From Eledone cirrhosa (Eukaryota), in the NCBI GenBank assembly GCA_964016885.1, contig OZ024748.1, positions 54,622,001-54,686,000 of the forward strand: a stretch of 64,000 nucleotides of DNA, in the 5' to 3' direction. Under the pieces are notes generated by a model, which searched no databases, was not told the DNA's origin, and saw nothing but the letters and a program-made list of their open reading frames with translations. Position 1 is the stretch's first letter. Every line of letters begins with the position of its first letter. This document shows positions 54,241 to 64,000 of this stretch, piece after piece. Position numbers and translations under genes: made by a program.

Positions 54241-54519
54241 GTTGAGTTTCGACCGATAGATAGTATTAGCAATTGGAAAGATCAATGGAAACATTGTTTT
54301 CTCGGTCCGATTTGACGGAAGTCGATCGATTGTCGATATGTGAGTCCTGGTTTCAATCGGGAATAATCACAGTTAGCAAAGCTTTCCTGGTGATTTCTTT
54401 TGAATAAAACAGTTCTAGTCCTTGTCGATGTGTCGGCGTTAGATTCGTATTTGAACCATTTTATATATTATAACTTCAGACAGTCTCAGAAGTCTAAAGC
54501 TTCTTACTCTCTCTCTCTG

Positions 54520-54593
<74 letters not shown>

Positions 54594-54699
54594 CAAAAGT
54601 TCTTAGTATATGTATGCAGACCCAGTTTTATTACTACATGTATGTATGTATATATATATATATAATGTGTGTGTGCATGTTTGTGTTCTCAGCCGTCTT

Positions 54700-54744
<45 letters not shown>

Positions 54745-55029
54745 CATTGTGAGTATGTGTAAGTGTTTGTCTGTCTCTGTATGTGAAATCTCAGGATTCT
54801 AAAAGTACCTTTCTAAAGTTGGCCCCATTACCCAATTCCTTATCTTTCCTTTCATATACATTGAAATGTCACAGGTTCCAACACGAAATCTGATTAATTT
54901 TTCGCACCATCTCCCTTCTCTCTGCTTCTTCTTCTCTCTGTTTCTTTTTTTTCAGCATAAATGTCTATTTTTTTCTCCCCCTTTTACATCTTTCGGTATC
55001 TGTATTATGCCTGCCTGTCTCTCGGTATA

Positions 55030-55100
<71 letters not shown>

Positions 55101-55280
55101 GTGTTATGTATATATATGTGTGTATATGTGTGTGTGTATATATATATATATATATGTGCATATAATTAATACAAATATACGTAAAATATGTATGGATGTA
55201 ATTTATTAGCTGGGTATTCTTTATATATATATATATTACAACTAATATTTTCGCCAAATTATGTCTCTTATATATGATCA

Positions 55281-55625
55281 TTGGTGAATTGGCAGTATCG
55301 GTAGAGGGTTGGACGCCATGCTTTCTAGCATAGTTACGTTTCTTTACGGTCTGAGTTCAAATCCCGTCGAGGTTAACTTTGCCTTTCATCCTTACGAGGT
55401 CGATAAAATATAGTACCAGTCACGCATTGGAGTCGATTTAATCGACTTTTCCCTTGCCTTCAAATTTCTGGCCTTGTACCTAAATCAGAAACCATTATTT
55501 TATCGATGAAATATGGATGAAAGGAAAAGCTAACCTCAGTGGGACTTGAATTCAGAATGTACAGAGCCATAACTAAATACTGCAAATGATTTTAATCTAC
55601 GCTCTACCGATTCCGCCAAATCACA
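55281..55625. mobile_element. Tail-to-tail pair of SINE family 1 copies
   Basis: A full + copy at 55281-55497 abuts a degraded - copy at 55495-55625. Confidence 0.85.
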
Positions 55626-55894
55626 ATAATAATGTCATATTTGGGAATAGTCAGGTCAAGAAAATTGGCAATAAGAACACATGCACTTTGACTTTTACTT
55701 CAGATTTATTAATATTCCATTAATTAGCTTAAGTTCTTTCGTCACAAATTCTGCAACAACCCCAATGACTATTTGCTTTCCTGTGTACCTCCACTTCTTT
55801 CAGCTCTTAATTTGTTTAATCCATTTGTCTTTCGATGACACAAATATGTCGTATCATACGTTTCACATCAAGGATAATACTACTACTACTACTA

Positions 55895-55935
<41 letters not shown>

Positions 55936-55977
55936 AACCACTGTATGTATATATATTTGTATATATATAGCCCCACC

Positions 55978-56028
<51 letters not shown>

Positions 56029-57549
56029 CATGTATGTGTGTGTATAAATATATATATATATATACATTGTTAGCCAAGATGTCTCCAACAGGTGCCTGAC
56101 TACAAAAGCTACTTACACTCCTCCGTTTAACCATTTGATTCTTTTCCTTTCTTTTGATTTGTTTTCTATACATGTATTATTTTTTTCTCTATGCTTGTAA
56201 TTTTCATTTATTCATTTAGCTATCTCTCCCCTCCCACGTCATATCATTCTTATTGGCTTAATAAGCTTTCGGCATTTTTTCATACAAAAACATCCGGTCT
56301 TAGGGCGCATTAATTATGACTGATTAATCATTGCCAAACTGGAATATCTAATCACTAATTATTTCCCTGCACTCATTTTCCGCTTAATAAGACGGCGTAA
56401 TTTTCTCATGTTTGTTTCTCTCTCTTTCTCATATTTATATATATATGTATATATAAATATGTATTTAGATATATATGTGTGTGTATGTATGTATATACGT
56501 GTATGTATCTACATACACATGTATATATGTTTGTGTGTATACGTATGTGTGTATACATATGAGCGTGGACATAGAAATAATCGGGCAGTTAAACCACCGG
56601 GAGTGACGGACCCCTAGCCTTTGTCAGGGCATTCTTCAGGAGACGTCAACCCAGGAAACTGGGATAACTCCGATGCATATCATCTCCCACGCTTGCATGG
56701 GTCGACTTGCTTATATACGTGTGTGCTGTTACGGAGTGCACTTATAGTTGTCTATCCATTGTGTATCCTTTGGTGAATGTACTGGCAGGACTAAGGAATA
56801 TTTTGTATTATCCTCTACGGCCAGCTAAACCATAGTAAGTGCCTGCTTAGAGTGCGAAAGGAACAGTTTAAGGACATACCTCTTGTAGGATTCTGTATAA
56901 ACAGCTAAACCCTGATCAGTACAAGCTTAGAGGGCGAAAGAATCATATAATTCACATAATATCTATGGCCAAAGAAGCAGTTTTATAGCATATACTGTCG
57001 TCTATACGGAGGTAAGTGATTGATAATTGAAAAATATATATAAAGAAAATGAATGGAGGTAATTCGTTCTTATAAGAAAATTGTTAGTGCGTTGATCTCA
57101 AGTCGATGCTCTTAATGTATATAATTTTATGATTTAAAGAAAAAAAAAAAAAAAAAAAACGATTCAGAGATCGCAATACCATCATCGTCGCAATACCACC
57201 AATGCAATAATAAATTTCTTGTAAATATATATCTAATCCGAATACCGAATTACCTCCCTTCGTTTAGTTTTTTGTTTTTTTTTTAAACGAAAAATGTGTA
57301 AAGTTCCTATAAGTATGAGCAATTTACTCAGTAGAATTGCGGCCTTCGAGCTGCGTTTGGGACTCCCAGTCTAGGTGACTAACGTTCGTTTCGTGTTGGC
57401 TAAGTGGGCCTGGAACGATCTTGGCCGGCACGTAGATGCTGGCGCGTCCCAGACCATCTTGAATTAATTCGGAGACCTTTTGCTACAAAAAAATGTGAAT
57501 TATCTCCCTTGATTTTGAGAATTCAATTTTAGATTTTCAAGAGGCATAC

Positions 57550-58270
57550 ATTTTTTTTCACAAGATATATTTCATATTTTTTTCGACACTTTCAAAAACA
57601 TACATTTCATATAGTTTTTTTTTCACTTCATATACATTCTTAGTTTCTTTCTTAAGAAACTTCATTTCCATTCTTAGTTTTCTTAGTTTCTTTAAGAAAC
57701 TTCTTTTACATTCTTAGTTTCTTTTTTCGTCATTTACATTCTTAGTTTTAGACACTTACATATATATACATTCTTAGATTCTTTCGTTAGAAACTTCATC
57801 TACATTCTTAGTTTTAGACACTTCATACGCTTACATACATTTTAGTACGTCTTACTCAGTTTCTTATTGATTCTTGATTTCTTAATTCAATTTTGTGAAA
57901 ATAAACTGAATACTATTCGTATATTTATACTTTCTTTATTTACAGAAACTTCGCCATTGCCACTTGTTAGTGCAAATGACCTTGAAGGCTGGACATCTGC
58001 AAAAAGAGACGAATGTCATTTACATACGTTATCAATAAAAGGAATATTAAATTTTATAAAATTCTTACAATTTTTGTCTTGTTATTATTATATATACATT
58101 TAAATAGAAGAAAACGTTTGCTACAACAAAGGAGGTAATTAAAGAAACAAACTAAGAATGTGAAGGAAGTTTCTTAAGAATGTACGTTTTGTGAAAAAAT
58201 CTATATGAAATATGTGTTTTTGAAAGTGTCGAAAAATAAATATACATGGAAAGTAAGTTTTGTGAAAAGT
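57550..58270. mobile_element. AT-rich element with inverted arms and internal CATTCTTAGTTT repeats
   Basis: TTTTTCGACACTTTCAAAAACATACATTTCATATAG (about 57578-57613) versus CTATATGAAATATGTGTTTTTGAAAGTGTCGAAAAA (58201-58236). AATTA(C/T)CTCC motifs at about 57055(-), 57248, 57498 and 58131(-). Confidence 0.5.
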
Positions 58271-58781
58271 CGAAAAAAAAATATTATACATACAATATAT
58301 ATATATTTATATATATATATATATTAATATATATATATATATATTACATATATATATATATATATATTAATATATATATATATATATTACATATATATAA
58401 ATATATATATGTATATATATGTAATATATATATATATATTAATTATATATATATATATATTACATATATATAAATATATATATGTATATATATGTAATAT
58501 ATATATATATGTATATATAATATATATATATATATATGTATATATATGTAATATATATATATATGTAATATATAATATATATATATATATATATATAAGT
58601 ATATATTACACAAAGAGAAATGTGTTACACAGTGAGAAGTGTGTAAAGAATTATTACAAGTGATTTTACCGTTACTGTAAAGAGAACTATATCTACAGGT
58701 AAGCAATTAAATAGAAAAAACCAGATCAGAATCAAATCTCTGATTGGAATTTTAAATCACAAACCTTATAACTATATTTTG

Positions 58782-58869
58782 CTGATACGAACCTAGTTTT
58801 TTGTTTCACCACTTATATGTGTTACCACCTATATGTGTAGTATAACAGTCCACATGGATCATCAGTCAG
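58782..58869 (-). ncRNA. Type I hammerhead with extended stem II
   Basis: Minus strand CTGA-CTGATGA-T-CCA...TGG-T-GAAAC...GTA-TCAG. Stem I CTGA/TCAG is extendable by TTTT/AAAA. Confidence 0.6.
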
Positions 58870-58948
58870 AAAAATGCGAGATATAATATATATATATATA
58901 TATGTGTGTGTGTAATATGTATATATATATTAATATATATATATATTA

Positions 58949-59014
<66 letters not shown>

Positions 59015-59131
59015 CATATATATATATAAGTCCAGAATTAGCCGTCGAAACGGCTTGAGCTCAGCCGTCGGGGTCTTACTGGTTCCTATATATATATATA
59101 TATCTCATATATATATATATATTAATATATA

Positions 59132-59165
<34 letters not shown>

Positions 59166-59508
59166 TTAATATATATATATATATATATATATATGTATTA
59201 ATATATATATATATATATATATGTATTAATATATATATATATATATATATATATGTATTAATATATATATATATATATATGTATTAATATATATATATAT
59301 ATATATTAATACATATATATATATATTAATACATATATATATATATATATATTAATACATATATATATATATTAATACATATATATATATATATATATTA
59401 ATATATATTAATATATATTAATATATATATATATTAATATATATATATATATATATATAAAATAAAGTTAAATAAAAGTCAAATGATTAAAATTTAGCTT
59501 CGTTTATT

Positions 59509-59563
59509 ACTGCTGTATATATTTCAGTGACAGCCATCTTTGGCTGTGACCTCTTTAGGCAGT
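59509..59563 (-). ncRNA. Degenerate type I hammerhead
   Basis: Minus strand ACTGC-CTAAAGA-GGTCACAGCCA-aaga-TGGCTGTCACT-GAAA-TATATA-CA-GCAGT, then AATAAA. Core G5 to A change. Confidence 0.55.
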
Positions 59564-59834
59564 TTGAATTAGTATGGTATAGACAAGTACATATGTTGTT
59601 TAGGTGTATAATATTGTCAATATTGTATAATATTGTTAATTCACTGGGGAACTGGAGTCATATGACTCCAGTTCCTCAGTGAATTAACAATATTATAGTC
59701 CAGAATTAGCCGTCGAAACGGCTTGAGCTCAGCTGTCGGGGTCTTACTGGTTCCTATTACCCATTCTACTACCTCAAGTATTGAGTACTTTGGTGCGTTA
59801 TGGTCCACCTGGTTCCTTACCACATTTCCTTCGT

Positions 59835-60897
<1,063 letters not shown>

Positions 60898-61188
60898 TAT
60901 AATGAAATGACAGGAGGCTGGATTTATGTAAATCCTTGAAAGGTTTATTATACTATGATCATTTCAATAAACCGGGTTCCGTATGAATCCGGTGATATCA
61001 TCAGGTATTCGAAATATAATACGTGAATGTAATAGATAAAATCCATGGGGCTGAAAATCGAGGGCCCGAGGGCGACCGCTATTCTGTTCCTTCAACCGCA
61101 GCCGGTCGCCCTCGGTCATTGAAATGATCATAGTATAATAAACCTTTCAAGGATTTACACAAATACAGCCTCCTGTCATTTCATTATA
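60898..61188. mobile_element. Palindromic non-autonomous DNA element (71-bp arms)
   Basis: 60898-60968 is the near-perfect reverse complement of 61118-61188. Internal 13-bp hairpin CCGAGGGCGACCG/CGGTCGCCCTCGG. Confidence 0.75.
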
Positions 61189-61515
61189 ATATTTAACTCC
61201 GTAATAGCACCACCAACTACAAAAACAAAGACGGTTGAACTGCCTTACGTTGAGTACTCTCTATATTATTGCATAACGATTGACCATACGGAATAGACCA
61301 GCTCTATACAGTGGTAAACCTCAAACCTGAATATATATTAATATATATATATATTAATATATATATATATATATTAACATATATATATATATATATATGT
61401 TATTTATATATATATATATATATATATTAATATATTTCTTCTATCCTACGCCATTTTCAGCAAATGGCGTAGGATAGAAGAAAGGAAAGGCACAGAAACG
61501 AAGAAAGAAATCCCC

Positions 61516-61560
61516 AGTCACTGAAGAGGTCACAGAGTATGTGACGAAAGAACTATGACT
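61516..61560 (+). ncRNA. Minimal type I hammerhead ribozyme
   Basis: AGTCA-CTGAAGA-G-GTCACA-gagta-TGTGAC-GAAA-G-aa-C-TA-TGACT: 5-bp stem I, 6-bp stem II, CUA triplet. Confidence 0.8.
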
Positions 61561-61710
61561 ATATATATATAAACAACTATCTGGTTGTGGAACCAACCAA
61601 CCAACCAGAAATTTATAAATTTGTAAATTTATAAATATATAATAAATTAAATTGAAGTGAAACAACTGGTGCGTGTGTTTCTTATTGGCAACATGACCCT
61701 CCCTAAGTAT

Positions 61711-61789
<79 letters not shown>

Positions 61790-61898
61790 TAAATATATAT
61801 ATATATTAATATATATATATATATATATGTAGATATATATATATATATATATATTAAGAGAGTAAAACAAAGAAGCCTTTAATACATCAAAAGTTTTT

Positions 61899-61943
61899 AT
61901 TAGCCGACAATGTTTCGTCCTATTAAGGACTCATCAGGGCAAT
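61899..61943 (-). ncRNA. Minimal type I hammerhead ribozyme (canonical core)
   Basis: Minus strand ATTGCC-CTGATGA-GTCCT-taat-AGGAC-GAAAC-att-GTC-GGC(T)AAT, followed by AATAAA and then (TA)n. Confidence 0.85.
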
Positions 61944-62265
61944 CAAAACAACAAGAGGTAATATCGGCAGATACAAGCCAGAAACTCTGAAGAATATGGA
62001 GTGTACATACACTAATGTCTTACAAATATATATGATAATAAAAATGAAAATAAAGATAAAAATAATAAAAATATATAATAAGAATAACTAAGGATGTAGA
62101 TAACATTAAGAACCATATTACAAATATAGTCCAACCTAAATCTAAACAAATTTGGTTATATAGAGCAGGAATTATATATAACACAATATAATACATTATA
62201 ATAATAATATACTTTTACCAACATTAAAATTCCAAATTAAAAATCAAAAGGTACACTATATACAT

Positions 62266-62357
<92 letters not shown>

Positions 62358-63031
62358 CTATGTTCGACTACACAGAAATTAAGCCCTATTAGAAGTTTGA
62401 ATATTAAAAATAAGCATGGTAATAGTGAAAAAAATACTAATACATCTACCCAATATACATGAGGCAATAATATGATATAATTACAAGAAACACATATAAC
62501 AAATAATAAACAACAAAATTATATAATTCAATATAATATAATAAAATAGATAATCCCCGGTTAATTTACAGAAACAATATAGATGTCACAATGAAATACA
62601 ATGATAAAATGTTAACAGTGTATTAACATGTACCATAAACAATATATACAAATTGATTCACAGAATAAATGAGGAAATATAAATCATATAATACTCAAAA
62701 AAACTATAATGGTACAGGGAAAAATTATGATGTTACAGAAAAAAATATGATGTTACAGAAAAAAATATACAGACATCTAACATGATATGTAAAGTCTAAA
62801 TATCATAATGTTACATATTACAATATTAAAAAAAATCCAGACATCTTATATGATATATAAAGTTTAAATATCATAATGTTACATATAATGAACAGTAAGT
62901 AATAAGGATCTATATTACATACAATATAATATAATATATTACAAAATTGGCATAAAAAATATAAATACTTATAATTACAAGGTAATATATATGTTACTAT
63001 AAATGTTAATATATATATATATATATATTAA

Positions 63032-63064
<33 letters not shown>

Positions 63065-63091
63065 TAATATATATATATATATATATATATA

Positions 63092-63159
<68 letters not shown>

Positions 63160-63223
63160 TATATATATATATATATATATTAATATATATATATATATAT
63201 ATTAATATATATATATATATATA

Positions 63224-63323
<100 letters not shown>

Positions 63324-63827
63324 CATTTATAGTAACATATATATATATATATATTAATATATATATATATATATATATAAATACATATATATATATTAAT
63401 ATATATATATATATTAATAAATATATATATATATTAATAAATATATATATATATTAATAAATATATATATTTTAATATATATATATATTAATATATATAT
63501 ATATATTAATAAATATATATATATATATTAATAAATATATATATATATTAATAAATATATATATATTAATATATATATATATTAATATATATATATATAT
63601 ATATTAATATATATATATATTAATATATGTAGATAAATCTACCAAGAGTTTACGGTAGTGTCCAATCCGTATGAAGAACTCAATGTATTCCGGATATCAT
63701 GGAAAGAAGAGATGTAATGAAAAATCACTTTCGGTGAAAGATAAACGGTATACAGAGTCAAGATAAAATATTAAACAAATAATGAATAAACAATGAAACA
63801 GTTCCTTATATTAAACAAAAAAAGTTC

Positions 63828-63975
63828 ATTATTTAACGATCGTTTCTAGGATATATATGTGTTAGAATTGGCATGCATATTCAACAGATCTATGTACAAA
63901 ATTATACAAAATTATACAAACTATCAAGATTAAATATACATACCAACACATATATACGCCGTCTTCAGAAATAAT
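63828..63975 (-). ncRNA. Type I hammerhead with ~115-nt stem II insertion
   Basis: Minus strand ATTATTT-CTGAAGA-cggcg-TATATATGTGTTGG...CTAACACATATATA-tccta-GAAAC-GATC-GT-T-AAATAAT: 7-bp stem I and palindromic stem III ACGATCGT. Confidence 0.65.
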
Positions 63976-64000
63976 ATTATTTCTGAAGACGGCGTATATA

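Noticed and set aside
57355-57454. 5S rRNA gene
   Set aside because: Only a few short words resemble 5S and their spacing is wrong. Kept as an unclassified structured segment.

Overview
This is AT-rich, microsatellite-saturated animal DNA, intronic or intergenic. The SINE and MITE families resemble those I know from Octopus/cephalopod genomes (inference). I can support no host protein-coding gene, rRNA, tRNA or CRISPR array: nearly all supplied ORFs are translations of (TA)n/(CA)n/(CT)n/(ACC)n tracts or of minisatellites. The window contains: (1) tRNA-derived SINEs of two families, two copies with 16-17 bp TSDs; (2) decayed RTE-clade LINE 3' ends and a ~600 bp non-autonomous bipartite RTE-derived family; (3) two CRE-like restriction-like-endonuclease LINE fragments; (4) hAT, mariner, piggyBac-like and foldback DNA elements; (5) six tandem arrays that grew inside transposon sequence (99, 55 and 51 bp from RTE ORFs, 27 bp from a SINE head, plus mariner and piggyBac units). 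The most striking signal is roughly 15-20 hammerhead-ribozyme-like motifs from several families on short non-coding elements, mostly in or next to (TA)n tracts. They are often accompanied by foldback/palindromic junctions and are densest at 58.7-64 kb, consistent with Penelope-like or retrozyme-like elements. A pri-miRNA-like hairpin and a GC-rich structured segment are also flagged. All folds and alignments were done by eye.
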